Assembly: GCF_004010195.1 (NCBI RefSeq)
Contig: NC_057718.1
Span: 84,671,730-84,735,729, forward strand
Origin: Chiloscyllium plagiosum
Lineage: Eukaryota
DNA: 64,000 bases
Reading direction: 5' to 3'
Shown: positions 24,465-38,808 of the stretch, piece by piece
How the letters are laid out: every line of letters begins with the position of its first letter
Numbering within the stretch: position 1 is the stretch's first letter
Program-made: the position numbers and the translations under genes
Notes under the pieces: generated by a model
Seen by the model: only the letters and a program-made list of their open reading frames with translations
Told to the model about the DNA's origin: nothing
The model's database searches: none

Positions 24465-27275
24465 ATATAGACTGATAGGAAAAGGTGGTGATGTGGCCTT
24501 GCTGGTGAAAGGGATCAGTGCTGTAATGAGCAATGACATAAGTACAGGAGATCAAGATGTGGAATCAGTCTGGGTAGAAAAAAGCAGTATGTTGTAGAAC
24601 CAACCAGGGAACAGGTTACCCAGGATCTGGTGTTGTGTGATGAGGAGAGATTAATTGATGACATCATAGTTAAGGATCCTGTAGGGAGTAGTGACCATCA
24701 TACGTTGGATTCAAAATGCAGTTTTGAGAAAGTGGAGTCCCAAAGTAGTGTTCTGGAATTTTAAAAAATTATATAGGCATGAGGACAGATTTTGCCTGAG
24801 TAGTTTGGTGAGCTGATGAGCAATGACATGTTTAAGGACCTACCCGATTCCTTACAACTAAAATATATCTCAGAGAGAAAGATAGATAGTAAGGGGGGTA
24901 AAAAATATCAATGGCTAAACAAAGAGATCAAGGACAATATAAAGTCAAAAACTAAGGTATACCATATTGCAAAGGCCAGTGGTGGAATGAAAGATTGGGA
25001 AACTTTCAAACATAAACAGGGATACTAAAAAATTAATAAAAAGCAGTAAGATAAATTTTGAAAGAAAACTCTCAAAATATCAAAGGATAGCAAAAGTTTT
25101 TTCCAATGTGTAAAAGAGTTGCCAATGTGAATGTTGGTCCCTGGAAGATGAAACCAGGACAGTTAATGGTAGGGAATATAGTGATGGTGGAGGTGCTGAA
25201 TAAATACTTTGCCTCAGTTTTCATGGTGGAGGATAATAGTACCATCCCTATTGGAACAAGCAAGTCAGGGGCAATAGATTAGATTACTTAGTGTGGAAAC
25301 AGGCCCTTTGGCCCAAGTCCACACCGACCCGCAACTCACCCAGACCCATTCTCCTACATTTACCCCTTCACCTAACACTACGGGCAATTTAGCATAGCCA
25401 ATTCACCTGACCTGCACATTTTTGGATTGTGGGAGGAAACCGGAGCACCTGGAGGAAACCCACGCAGACACTGGGAGAATGTGCAAACTCCACACAGAGA
25501 GTCGCCTGAGGCGGGAATTGAATACGGTAGAACTTAGAACTTCCTCAATGTTGATTGAGGAAAGGTACTGAGCAAACTGCTAGGATTGAGGACAGACAAG
25601 TTCCCTGGGCCTGTGGCCTCCATCCAAGGGTAGTAAAGAAAGTTGCAGCAGAGATAATAGATCCATTGGTTACAATATTCCAAGATTCCCCAGACGCAGG
25701 AAAGGTTCCAGTGGATTGGAAAATGGCTAATTTATTGCCCTTATTCAAAAAGCAAGGGAGACAAAATGCAAAATTACAAATCTGTTAGTTTAATATCTGT
25801 TGTTGGGGAAGTGTTAGAATCGATTATCAAGGAAGCAGTATCGGGACATTTGGAAAGTCAAAATGCTATCTGTCAGTGTCAGCTTGGTTTTATGAAGGGA
25901 AAATCATGTTGAAGAACTCTAACAAATTAGTTAAAAGTGGCAAGCAAAGTGCGTAATGGGGATGCTGTAGATGTAATATGTCTGGACTTCCAGAAGGTGC
26001 TGCACAAGAGGTTAATTCACAAGGCTGGATCATATGGGATTTGGGGTAATTTATGAGCTTGGATAGATGACTGTCTCTGTCCATCAGCCAGTCAGGATAA
26101 TTTTTTTTTTCTGGATGGCAAGATGTAACTAGTGGGGTGCCACAGTGTTCGGTCCTTGGACCGCAGTTATTTAGAATCTACATTAATGATGTGAATACAG
26201 GGATAGAAGGCTGAATAGCCAAATTTGCTGATGACACAAAAATAGGAGGGACGGTAATGAGGAAATAACCTTACAAATAGATATAGATGAGTGAGAGAGG
26301 GCCAAAATGTGGCAGATGGAGTTTAATGTGGATAAGAGCAAGTTCATACATTAAGAGTTGATAAAATGGGAAGGCAAGCTATTATCTTAATGGGAGAGAC
26401 TTTGGGGTACTCTGGTGCACAAGGGTCTAGGTGTACTTGTTCATAAGTCTCAAACCAGTATGCAAGTAGAGCCAATAACAAAGAAAGTGAATGGAATATT
26501 GGTTTTTACAGCTAAGAAAATAGCACATAATGGTAAGGAGGTATTGTTGCAAAGGTATTGGTGAGACTGCATTTAGAGTACTGTGCACAGTTTTGGTCTC
26601 CTTATTTGTGGAAAGATGTGACATTGGGATCAATTTAGTGAACCTCCTCTGAACCACCTCCAGAGGTGAGGGGTTTGTTGTATGAAGAAAAATTTAAAAG
26701 TTTAGGCCTATACTCTGAAATTTAGAAGAATGACGGGAGATCAAATTGAGATATTCAGGATTATAAAATAGACTAAGTGGATGCTTCCTCTTGTGGGGCA
26801 TTCTAGGACAAGAACTTATAGTTCTAGGATAAAAGGTAGCAAATTTAAAACAGTTAAATCTGTGGAATTCGCAACCTCAAAGTATGGTGGAGGCTGGGAC
26901 AGTGAGTAAATTTGAGGAGTTAGTCAGATTTTTAATTGGTGATGGGTTGAAGGGATATGGAGAGAAGGCAGGAAAATGGGAGTGAGGAGCATTTTCACCA
27001 TGATTGAAGGATGGAGCAGACTCTTGGGCCAAATGGCCTAATTCTACACTCCTATCTTATGAACTTATAATTAAACGGAGGGTCGTGTGTGTATGGAACA
27101 AGCCAACAAAGGAAGTGACAGTGATGAGTACAATTATGTTTTCAAAAGCATCTGGATGGGTACATGAATAGGAAGGGTTTTGAGGGGTGTGGGTCAAATG
27201 CTGGCAAATGGGACTAAGTCAGATTGGGACATCTGGTAGGCATGGACCAAAAGGCCTATTTGTGCTGTATGACTG
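24465..27275 (+). mobile_element. Old CR1 LINE (endonuclease and RT) plus adjacent CR1 3' fragments
   Basis: GLHPRVVKKVAAEIIDPLVTIFQDS...VPVDWKMAN; aaatttgctgatgacacaaaa (KFADDTK) at 26221; CR1 tail. Confidence 0.8.
25275..25522 (-). mobile_element. HE1-like V-SINE, 5'-truncated
   Basis: Minus strand has the V-domain gtgtggagtttgcacattctccc...gggtttcctcc and a CR1-like 3' tail. Confidence 0.85.
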
Positions 27276-27627
27276 AATTGAAAAATTATGCACATGACTT
27301 CACTATTTAAGATGAATGGAGGGGGCAAACCAATTAATTTAATGTAAGTTACTACTGCCTTTAACAAAGAATTGGATAGCTGAAAACCTTGAAATCTTTC
27401 AGCTCTTCAGAGATGCCCTGGACTGAATTGTAAAGGATGTTATTCCCATTGAACATGATTTAACTTTGAAGTGACTGAAGTAGCAGACAAGGATGTTTAG
27501 GAATATTATGAGCTTCCTGAAGGCATTTTATAAAGGCAACTGCAAGAAACTGTTAGTTAAAATTGAATCCCACAGATCCAAAAGCAATTATTGACCCGAT
27601 TAGCAAATTGGCTGAGTGGCAAAAGAC

Positions 27628-28625
27628 ATAGTCATTGAGATGTACAGCATAGAAACAGATCCTTCGGTTCAACTTTTCCACGCTGACCAGATATCCCAAC
27701 CCAATCTAGTCCCACCTGCCAGCACCCAGCCAGTATCCCTCCAAACCCTTCCTATTCATATACCCATCCAGATGCCTTTTAAATATTTCAATTGTACCAG
27801 CCTCCACAACTTCCTCTGGCAGCTCATTCCATACACTTACCACCCTCCGTGTGAAAAAGTTGCCCCTTCGGTCTCTATTATATCTTTCTCCTCTCACCCT
27901 AAACCTATGCCTGCTACTTCTGGGCTCACCCCACCCCAGGGAAAAGACTTTGTCTATTTATCCTATCCATGCTGCTCATGATTTTATAAACATCTATAAA
28001 GGTCACCCCTCAGCCTCTGACACTACAGGGAAAACAGCCCTAGCCTGTTCAGTCTCTCCCTCTAGCTCAAATCCTCCAATGCTGGCAACATCCTTGTAAA
28101 TCTTTTCTGAACCCTTTAAAGTTTCACAACATCTTTCTATAGGAAGGAGACCAGGATTGCATGCAATATTCCATCAGTGGTCTAACATGACCACATGACC
28201 TCCCAACACCTGTACTCCATACTCTGACCAATAGGAAAGCATACCAAATGCTACCTTCACTATCCTATCTACCTGTGACTCCTTCAAGGAGCTATGAATG
28301 TACACTCCAAGGTCTCTTTGTTCAGCAATATTCCCATTAAGTGTATAAGTCCTGCTAAGATCTGCTTTCTCAAAGTTCAGTACCTCACATTTATCTAAAT
28401 TAAACTCCATCTGCCACTTCTCAGCCCATTGGCCCATCTGAACAAGATCCCGTTGTAATCTTGAGGTAATCTGCTTTGCTGTCCACTACACCTCCAATTT
28501 TAGTGTCATCTGCAAGCTTACTAACTATAACTTATATAAATGATGAGGAGTAGTGGACCCAATACCGATCCGTGGGGCACTCCACTAGTCACAGGCTTCC
28601 AGTCTGAAAAACAACCCTCCATCAC
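27628..28625 (-). mobile_element. CR1 LINE 3' ~1 kb
   Basis: WAEKWQMEFNLDKCEV, FFTRRVVSVWNELPEEVVEA and the shared tail. Confidence 0.9.
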
Positions 28626-29334
28626 CTGATCTATGCTTGTATGTGACTTCAGTCTGACATCAATTTAGTCATTTCATCTGAAATGTCTTGGCATGCCACT
28701 CAATTGTATTAAATAGTCAGCAGTAAAGCAATCAACGTTGGCTTTAAATGTGTACAATGTCACGAACGCAACAGGTATCTGAAGGGAGGTTAGTCAAGAT
28801 TGAGGGAACTCTGAATAAAGGTGAGAAAAGATTGATATGGTATGGTCACCTGTTGTGCAGAAAGGTAATATGTTGAGGTGAGTGATGAACATTCCTGTTT
28901 ACTTTATTACTGGCAATCCCAAGACCAAATGGAATGTTGTGGTTGTAATATTTTCTTTTAAGAAAAGGATCGAAAAAAGAATGGATGATTAGTCAGTGTT
29001 CTCCATCTTTAGCCAAATCAGCATTGAGACAATTCCCAAGTAAAATAGGAAAAGCCAAAGGAAATCATGTTGGCCTTATCAGTAACACCCAAATCAAGAA
29101 AGGTATTTTGCAAAGTTTTTTTTTCAGGAAAAAAAATTGGATAAATAAGATATGAAGATCACTACACAAACTTCATATATAACTGGCCCTCTTCTCTTAT
29201 GTCAACACCTATCAAATGGCAAGTAACTAACTACAGACCTTCCTAATTGAGACCACAAGACTTGGTGCCTTCATTTCTGAAAACTTAAAATATGTATGAC
29301 TACAGACTTATGTTAAAGGATATTAATATCAAAC

Positions 29335-29340
29335 TTTAAT
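29335..29340 (-). terminator. EIF4A3: Candidate EIF4A3 polyadenylation signal ATTAAA
   Basis: tttaat on + strand about 285 nt past the stop codon; alternative AATAAA at 28903-28908. Confidence 0.45.
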
Positions 29341-29623
29341 GAAGATAATGGTATCCATACATAGTATTTCACTAAAATTACAGATGAGTTCAAAATTCTG
29401 TACTTAATAATTGCAAATAAAAACCTAGTAATCCCCTGTTTAACAAAAAAAAACTAATAACAGTGGTTTACAAAGCCACATGGTACTGAAAGAAAGATCC
29501 AAAATTCACAAAGCTAGGAGATACACAAACAAGGTCCTTATCCTTATATAATGTGAAGTGTTTGTTTTGAACTGAAGAAATGCAATCCGCTGCCCATCCA
29601 GGTCCTCTGGTCTTTCACTTCCT

Positions 29624-29640
29624 TCAAATAAGGTCAGCAA
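29624..29640 (-). CDS. EIF4A3: eIF4A-III exon 12 ((V)ADLI*)
   Basis: cctag|TT GCT GAC CTT ATT TGA; 17 nt. Confidence 0.93.
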
Positions 29641-30103
29641 CTAGGTTAAAAAGAAATTGAAAAAAATGTTAATAAAATGCATGATATGCAATCTGCTGTG
29701 CACACTTAATGCTTTCAAAAATTCCTATAAGGAGAAATGAAGGAACCTGAATGGCCTTCAATTAGTTAAGTTCCCCAAGCATAGCAGAACCACAATATTA
29801 ATTAATATGAATAACCAATTAATCAATCACCATTTTCAGGCAGATAAGTAACTGTCCATTTTATACAGGGACATTTTAAATGGGGAGACTGTAGCTCAGG
29901 CTAACGGTTCTAAGTTTTTGTGTTGGTGTCAGTGGACTCCAGAACAAAACAACTTGAACTATTATTAAATTATGTTCACAAACTGCTCATGCATCTTATC
30001 TGGCCTATTTTTGGTAAACTAATCGATAAAAATAATGGTAGATTATCACAGTCTTATCTGTATGTTGAATACCCAGCCAAAGTTTACTATAATCAGAGCT
30101 CAC

Positions 30104-30231
30104 CATTCATTGGCATTTCATCAATCTGTGTAGAATAGTATTGTTCAATATCTCGCAGTATACGAATGTCATCATTCTTAACGAAGTTGATAGCCACACC
30201 TTTCCGGCCATATCGACCCGATCGACCAATC
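30104..30231 (-). CDS. EIF4A3: eIF4A-III exon 11 ([11 protein letters not shown]...DEMPMN)
   Basis: AG/GT boundaries, 128 nt, helicase motif VI. Confidence 0.97.
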
Positions 30232-30917
30232 CTGACAACACAAGGGCATATCAAAAATACTGTAAAGGGATTTAATGGGGTGAATCCTCTCATCTTCAAC
30301 AGCTCCAAGTATTAACAGAGGAACAAATCAATGGCATTCAAAATAATTTGCCACATTACCTTGAACCAATTATAAGAGATACTCACTCGGTTCAGAATTT
30401 ACAACACAGTCCTCACCTGCTGACATGTGAAGTTGGCCCCATCTTGCTTCCCCCCCCCCCTCCCTCCATCGTCTTATCTGGTCTGCAGTCCTTTGCACCA
30501 CATAGGAATTGTATCTACAAGAAATCTGTGCCCGATCCCTTGTCAATTATGAGGACTGGGTATAATTAGATATTTTGAAAATGTGTCCAGATACTATTTA
30601 AAATAGTAGTTTAGCCACCTCTTGCAATTATTTTGTCAAATAATGAAAATGTTTGCAGATCATTTTACTCTTCCATTTACTATAACTTGGTTTCAATCCG
30701 AAGTTCCATACTACACAAGAGAACAGGGTGGAATGGGGGATACATTGATTTTCATTGGTAGCAATGAAGAAAGGGAATTAAGATCTGTCATTTTACTGAG
30801 GAATGAGGAATCAGACAGAAACCAAAATACAAGAAAGCACATAAAAAGAAAATCAGATCAACAAGTTCTGGAGGTTCCAGAGTGCATATATTATAAATTT
30901 AAAACATGACATCTTAC

Positions 30918-31025
30918 CTGTGGATATACAACTCTCTGTTATTTGGTAAATCATAGTTTATGATTAGTGAGACCTGAGGGACATCCAATCCTCGTGCCCA
31001 AACATCTGTTGAAATGAGCACTCGA
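30918..31025 (-). CDS. EIF4A3: eIF4A-III exon 10 ([35 protein letters not shown])
   Basis: AG/GT boundaries, 108 nt, motif V. Confidence 0.97.
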
Positions 31026-31112
31026 CTGTAAAGCAAGTGCAGGAACAGTTCATCTTTAGATCAGTAGTAGAAGAAATAATAAGCAAGACATCCAATTTCA
31101 AACACGACTCAC

Positions 31113-31228
31113 CTTGCACCAGAACGGAATTCCTTCATGATGGACTCCCTCTCCTTTTGTGGCATGTCACCATGCATTGATGACACTGTGAAATTGGCCT
31201 CTCTCATTTTTTCAGTGAGCCAGTCCAC
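31113..31228 (-). CDS. EIF4A3: eIF4A-III exon 9 ([38 protein letters not shown])
   Basis: AG/GT boundaries, 116 nt. Confidence 0.97.
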
Positions 31229-31574
31229 CTATAGATGGAAGAATAATATTGGAAGCTATTTACTGTTAACTTCCCCATTGAGGACAATTTTATTTCACCA
31301 TAATGGATCTTTTTAATTAAAAAAATATGTTGCTCAGAATCTGAAATTAACAAAGTTCTATTAAATGGTACAGCAGAACTTTTCACTTAGAGGCAGACAA
31401 AGCAATGCCTTAGGAACTCCAGAGCTTGTTCTATGAATTAAGTCATTAAAATTTTGAAGGAACCTACAACTTAATTGGAGTTAACTATGTTATTGTCTAT
31501 TTTCTTTACTGCACTCTTTAGTTAGACAAGCCTACGGCATTTTAAAAAACCTTTCAACCCATCAAGTCTTTACC

Positions 31575-32500
31575 AGTCAAAAACAGCCACCAAACTATTC
31601 ACATCCCATTTTCCAGCACTTGGTCCATACTTTTGTATGCTTTGCATCAAAAATGTATAAATTAAATATTTAAATGTTTTGAGGGTTTCTGAGTCTACCA
31701 CCCTTACAGGCTGCAGTTGCACATTCCCACCACCCTCTGGGTTAAAACTTTTCTCATCATGTGCCCTCTTAACCACCTGCCCTTTAGCTTAAAACTATAT
31801 CTCTAGTCATTAATCACACCACCAAGGGGAACATTTCTTCCTATCTACCAAATTAATACCACAACAATTTTTATGCTTCTCAGTCACAATCCCCCCCACC
31901 CATCTTCTCTGCTCAAAAAAAAACACTACAACTCTCCAGCTCAGACAACAGCCTGGTAAATTTCCTGCACCCTCTCCATTGCAGTCACATCCTTACTATA
32001 AATGTAGATTACAAAATTGAAACAATACTTTAATTGTGGCCTAACCAACATTTTATGTAGATCCAGAATAATCTCCCTGCACTTCAATTATAAGCTGCTG
32101 CTATTAAAGGCAAGTATCCCATATGCTTCCTTAACCACTTTATCCCACCTGTCCTTCTACCTTAAGGTACCAGTGAAACATGCACACCACGATCCCTACA
32201 ATCCTCGGTGGTTTCTAGAGTCCTACCTTTCATTGTATGTCGTCCTGCCCACATGCATCACCTCATCTGGAATGAATTCCATTTTCCACTGATCAGCCCA
32301 TCTAAAACCTCTTGTAATCCAAGGTTATCTTCCTCACTATTTATCACCGGACCAATTTTTGTATCATTCAAAGTTTAAATCATTCATAGAGACCATAAAC
32401 AGCAATGATCTCTGTGGAGCTCCACAGGAGACACTTCCAGTCACAACACGCAACCAATTCTGGATTCAACTAACCAAATTCCCTTGGGATCCCATGGGTT
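31575..32500 (-). mobile_element. Old degenerate CR1 3' fragment
   Basis: Residual CR1 tail and RT-region similarity to the younger copies. Confidence 0.6.
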
Positions 32501-33374
32501 TCTACTTTCACCACGTCTCCCAGCAGGACCACATCCTGCTTGCAATGCATATTTTCTATAAACTATAAAATGTTTCATGATTGTTTTCAAAACATTCTCA
32601 TCTTAACTTACTTATTAGTAACTTGTGAGCTTATAGTGTTATATGTATAGCATACAAGACAAGTTTTTTTCTTTGTGACATCGGAGTGATTCCAAGACAC
32701 CTATTGTTTCACTTTCTGAACATATTCAGAATTAACTTACTTTTCTCATCCTTTTCTACATAATGTTCACATCTCTTTGTTTAAATATCCAATCCTAGTA
32801 TTTTGTCCAATCTCATTCTCAATCTTCTGAGGTGTACCCACAGACATTAGATGTTTGGCAAAGGTCATCTCACATACCTTATTGACATTCAAGTTAACGC
32901 AACAAAATGCATCATACCTGGAACCCTCTGCTCAACATCCTGCCCCAGCTTACTATCTTAACAAACATCACTCCCTGAACATGTGCTGGCCAAAAGAACA
33001 CAACTGGTTGAAACCATCGGTGCTTTCCTTATCATTCCAAATGGCTTATTCAACACAACTCCTGCTTATCTTTCATCTCAGAGCCCCACATAAGCAATCT
33101 TCCTCAGCCAGTCCGGATGAAGGGTCCCAACCTGAAATGTCGACCTTCCTGTTCCTTCGGTGCTGCCTGACCTGCTGTGCCTTTCCAGCTCCACGTTTTA
33201 TCGACTCAACCTTCCTCAACAAGTTCTTTCAACAAATATCTTTTTGATCAAGGAATGGGAAAAGTTGTAAGTTGCAAGTTTCTTGTGACAAACACCATGT
33301 GTCAAACAGCAAACCACCACAGCAAGTGTGTTCCTCACGAGACAGAAGCAGGACAGGCCATTATCTTTATGCAG

Positions 33375-33506
33375 GTAAAAACAATGACTGCAGATGCTGG
33401 AAACCAGATTCTGGATTAGTGGTGCTGGAAGAGCACAGCAGTTCAGGCAGTATCAAAGGAGCAGCGAAATCGATGTTTCGGGCAAAAGCCCTTCATCAGG
33501 ACACAA
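33375..33506 (-). mobile_element. Short Penelope-derived insertion with hammerhead-like core
   Basis: Minus strand CTGATGA-A-GGGC-tttt-GCCC-GAAA-CATC; flanking duplication tatctttatgcag / tatcttcatgcag; an older related copy lies on + at ~33110-33200. Confidence 0.8.
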
Positions 33507-34346
33507 TATCTTCATGCAGTCAACCTCCACCAGCCTTAACATAAACCCCTTATGCAAAGGTGGAGACACACAAACAGCACTGCACATTACAATGGAATGT
33601 GCCCTGTACAGACGAAGTGGCAAACTAGTCACCTTAAACTCAGCAAAGGAGGCTGGCGCTTGCTTTCAGGGATTTGCAATCACTAATTAAACGCTCAGGA
33701 GTCCTCAAACGTGTTACCAACTGGAAGAAATTCTTATGCAGTGTGGAAATAGCTGTTAATTTTCATCCCAAATCAGATAATCTTACCCCAAGAAAACATA
33801 AAAGCTAGTCACTTTAGTCCTGATCTAATACTTTAGAAAACAATGCTTTTATGTTAAAATCTCAACCACTCCATTATACTGGAAAATAAATTTGTGCTAA
33901 TGCTGTCTCGCACTCAAAATGAAGCACATACACCCACTCCTTGTTATACATAGATCCACACACTCTCATGTTGGCCCCAGGCTCTATTTTATTCCACCTC
34001 AGACTTGCCCAGTCTGATCACATGATCCATTGTTGTCAATAGTTGTGTGGTAGCAGTACTGCATTTTATGTTATTCACAAGAAGTCCATGTCTTTTCCCC
34101 TCCGTGGTAAACACTGATTTGGCGTAGTTTATATTTCGAATTTGTTTTTTAAGAAAGTGTATTCAAAGACTAACTAATTGAGCCAATACTGTTTTGCCCA
34201 ACAAGATCAGTAGATTTAGAACGGAGCTCAGAATTTTTGTTTTCTTCAAAAGGAGGATTGATTATGAGCTCAAACTCCCAACTACTTAAATGTAATTCCT
34301 TTCATACAAGTTAAGATGATGGGTGGATAAGAAATGTTTTCGGTAC

Positions 34347-34485
34347 CTTCCGTTTTGTATTGCAGAATATAACAGCTTGAGTAATGGTCAGTGTGTCGTA
34401 CAAGTCACACAATGTATCAAATTTCCACTCCTCCCTTTCAACTGCTACAAAGAACTGTTTGATTCCTTCCAAGGTCAATTCATCA
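34347..34485 (-). CDS. EIF4A3: eIF4A-III exon 8 ([12 protein letters not shown]...IFCNTKRK)
   Basis: AG/GT boundaries, 139 nt, motif IV. Confidence 0.97.
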
Positions 34486-35772
34486 CTGTAAACAAGAACA
34501 TCAAAGTGAAACTGCAAGATTGTGCTTTACTGGCTTCAGTTCCATCACTGGTCCTCACGTTAGTAAGTTCTTTATGTCCTAATGTAAACCTTGTCCAAAC
34601 AGGGCATTAATTCTTCTTTCGGCCAAGTCTAAGCTAATGTAAAACATATAAAACTATTATAATGCCACCCCATAAAACAGCCTTTTGAACACATCACAGT
34701 AAATTTGCACATGAAGGGTGAACTAGAAACAGATCTGTCAGAACTTAAAATGGAGCTTGATTCTCGACTCTACCAATTTTGGTGTGGCTTGCTGCCTAGG
34801 TGGGCATATGACTGAGTTACATAGACCAAGATAGAACAAACGTTTCTTGTTCATTAGTTCAGAGCCAGCCCATTTCAGCTAGGCTGTGTGGGACTGACAA
34901 GTAGCCATAACCATTTCTGAAGCCCAGAGCAGAGACAACACAACAATTTTTAATATTTAGTAAGGTATAATTTCTAAAATTTGGAACATAACTAATGCAA
35001 GACTCTGTATTCTAAAGGCACAAGAGCCACTGGAAACAAATTTGGAAGCCAAAAAATGTTGAAGGCAAATAACATCCTGATTGGACGTTTATAAACGACA
35101 AGCAATTCATACGTTAAGTGAAAACCTTAGCTCAGTTGGCAGCAAATCCCATTTCAGGACTTCAGCTCAAAAACTATTGAGCATACAACAGTGTAGTACT
35201 GAATCAGTGCACTGTGGAGAGGTGCTGTCACTTGGTGCACTGGAGGACTCAGCAGTGTGTTGGCTCTCCAAGACGGCTGTTTAGAAGCAGCGGGATACAG
35301 AAATATACAGACTGTACTCCAAGCTTACATATTTAATTTCTATTCAAATGTGGTCATTTAAAGCTGACATCAAAGGACTTGCCTCCCGTGTCAATTAGGG
35401 AATTCTATTTGGTGCTGTAAGGCAAAATGGTTTTTAAAGCCCTATGAGAAAATAAGAAATGTATGCAATATGAGTTACATTAACCATGCAATAATTTACA
35501 AAAATTAAATAGTAGCATAGTAAACAGAAATTTCTAGATGGGCCTAATTTATGCAGCTCATAGTGAACACTATAGCGGTATATTTCAATTCAGTAAAAGA
35601 ACAAAGAAAGCTAAGTTAAACGATACAATTTGAATTAATTGAAGTTTTAGTTAACTACAATAAATTAAAAACATGCAATAGACTGTAGTCAATTCAGAGG
35701 CTCCGAGCACAGTAAGTTCTACAGGAACTTGAAATGATGCCTTTATTAGTACAGAAACAACAAACAGCATAC

Positions 35773-35914
35773 CGTTTGACAAGGATTCGGATCGGATCAG
35801 TCATGAACTTATTGGTCATTTCCAGGATTTCATGTGGCAGTGTTGCACTGATCAGAATTACTTGTGTGGCTGGGGGTAAATACCTGTAGACATCATAGAT
35901 CTGCTCCTTAAAAC
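35773..35914 (-). CDS. EIF4A3: eIF4A-III exon 7 ([14 protein letters not shown]...SAT...ILVK)
   Basis: AG/GT boundaries, 142 nt, SAT motif III. Confidence 0.97.
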
Positions 35915-38467
35915 CTAAATTCAAGAGACAAAGTTAACAATTGTTGCCAGACACACTATATAAACACCTCAGAGTGGCTTTAAGATAATACTTTAAATCA
36001 ACTCATCTTTCATGGTATAATTCAACACAAAATGAAATTCTGGATTAAATAAACAAATGGACATTTTATCTTAACAAACATAAACATTTCAAAATATTTA
36101 TTTAAAACAATTTAAGAGCATCAAAAAAAAACTTAGTACACAAAATATACACACAATATTCAGAATAAATGGAACTAAGAACCAAACATTAGTTCTTATA
36201 TGATGTGATATATGTTTAATACAGAGGCAAATTGAATAACCATCTTATTTACTGCAATCCTTTGGGCAAAATATGGCAGAGAAAAGGATAACAAGTTAAT
36301 GAAGGAATACAAACATAGGAACAGGCCATTTGACCCACTGAGCTAGTTCCACATACAATTAGATGTGGCATTTCTACACCTAAATTCCATCTACCCATTT
36401 TTGCACTACATGTCTCGATACCACTATTCCTTGTAAACCGCACAAAGTTATCAACCCAAGACATTCACAGTTGAGAAAATGAGTGTGACATATTACGTGT
36501 GCACAGCAATGCTAAAGAGAGTGTTTAAAAACATAGGCATTCAAATCATCAGGCCACAAATGGTCATTAAAAGGCCACAAAATCAGGAGTATGTCCCCAA
36601 GATATGGATGAAGCATGTAATTGTGCAAATTTAGTTCACATTAGAATCTGGAGCACAGGGAAAAGAGAAGCTCCATTTTTTTTTTTAAAAGCAACCTCAT
36701 CATTTATTTATTATCATTTTTAACCTTTATCATCATCCAAGCGAGGGAACTGCATTTTTCGACATATGACTTTAGCAATGTAAAACAATTAATTCATTCA
36801 TTAATAAAATATATTTACTTTGACTGCAGTTTGTGGAAACTTGTGAAATGCACTGACGTCCCAGGAAAACATATCCAGTAAGTGTTTCCACTTACACAAC
36901 TTTGGTTCAGAATTGAACTAGAGGCCTGACTTACAGGCATTGGAGGAAGAGGTACAGTACCTGGATACTTTGTTCCAGAAGGCAGTAACACCCCTTAGAT
37001 TAGGTGAAACTTAGAGTCAGTCAATGGACAGAGACAGGAGTGTGCGCCTTAGAGTCAGACAGACACAATGTAATTGTTACTTATGGGGATGAGGATCAGC
37101 AGATTGATCATGCAGCACACTGAAGGATGCCATTCAAATGGCTGGAGTTACGAGCAATGTGGAGTGAGGGGGCAGTATAGTCAGGGGAATATACATAGTT
37201 GCATCGCCTAGCTCATTAAGAATATTGCTTCCTAACTGGAGCAGTATTTTATGTGAAAGGGGAAGATACAGTTGTTGTGGTTCATTAGGAGCCACCATAG
37301 ATTAAAAATAGGAATGAAGTCCTGTTAAGAAGATCAGAGGCATTGGAATACATATTAAAATGCAGAACAAAGGTGGCCAGTTCTGCATTGTTACCCAAGA
37401 CATATGCTAATTGGAAAATGGTCAAGCAGATTACAGAGTTAAACACATGTTTCAGAGTGGGGTTGGAAGAAAAGATTTTGATTCATGGGGACCGGCATTA
37501 ATAGTCATAGAAGATTGAGCTATTCTTTTGGGATGGGCTCCAACTGAACCATGCTGACATAATATCCTGGCTAACTGTATAACTGATGTGGTTGAAAGGA
37601 AAACTATAGCGATGTGGGTAAAAACAAGGAGAGTGAGCAAGGGATTTAATACAAATCAGCAAAAAGGGTCATTTCAGAAAACGGAGGTTTAAAAATGAAA
37701 GGTTCCTTATTCTAATGGCAAAAAATAGAGATAAATTATCAACATTGAGCTATCATTACAGAGGCATGGCACTAAGGTAATCAAAGGTAGGAAATAAATA
37801 TTCCAGGTGCACAAAGTTTGGAGAGACGTGTAGAATGGCAAACAGGGATAGCAGAGATAGTAAAGCATAACATACAGAGGTGTATTGGTGAGAAAGGATC
37901 AGGTCTCAGAAGACCAATAAGTAGAATAAATTTAGGTGCATACCAGAAACAGTAAGAGTAAGAAAACACAAGAAACAGGTTATAGGTCTTCTAACAGCAG
38001 TTGCAACATTAGACACAGTATTAACCAAGAAATTATTAACAAAAACAATGAGATAATTGTGGGAGACTTTCATCTTCATATAGACTGGGACAATCCTACT
38101 GACAAGAATACTCTAGATAATAATGTTGCAGCATGTTTTAATGACAGTTTCTCAGAACCAACCAGGAATAAAACAACTTCAGATCTAGTATCGTGTAATG
38201 AGGCCTGGTTGATTAATAATACCATTGAATTTCAAGGTAACTTAGAAAGTGATATACTCCAAATGCAAACAACAATCTTAAAGCTAATCCCATATAGCAG
38301 AGAACAATTTTTTTTAAATTCAATGTCAACAAAAGTATACTCAATTTTAAAAAATCAAAAACTCAGCTCCACTGACTCACCTGTGGCTCATTTAAGAATA
38401 GTTATGTCAAAACAGCTGGTAATATTGTATAAACAAAGTAATAGGTCAGAGAATTGAGAGTATACAA

Positions 38468-38808
38468 TAGAATGCATAGAATACCTACAGTGTGGAAACA
38501 GGCCATTCGTCCAACAAATCCACATCCACTCTCTGAAGAGCTCCCCACCCAGACTAACCTCGCCCCACCCTATCTCTGTAACCCTGCACCTTCCTCGACC
38601 ATGGCCAATCCACCCAACCTACCCACCCCCAGACACAATGGGCAATTTAGCACAACCAATCTACCTAACCTGCACATCTTTGGACTGTGGGAAGAAACTC
38701 ACACAGATATGGGGAGAATGTGCAAACTCCACACAGACAGTTGCCAGACGATGGAATTAAACCTGGGTCCCTGCCGCTGTGAGGCAGCAGTGCTAACCAC
38801 CGAGCCAA
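38468..38808 (-). mobile_element. HE1-like V-SINE, near full length
   Basis: tRNA-like head tggctcggtggttagcactgctgcctcacagc...ggtttaattcc, V-domain, CR1-like tail. Confidence 0.85.

Noticed and set aside
38750..38808. tRNA gene
   Set aside because: tRNA-derived head of a V-SINE; continues into the V-domain with no full cloverleaf.
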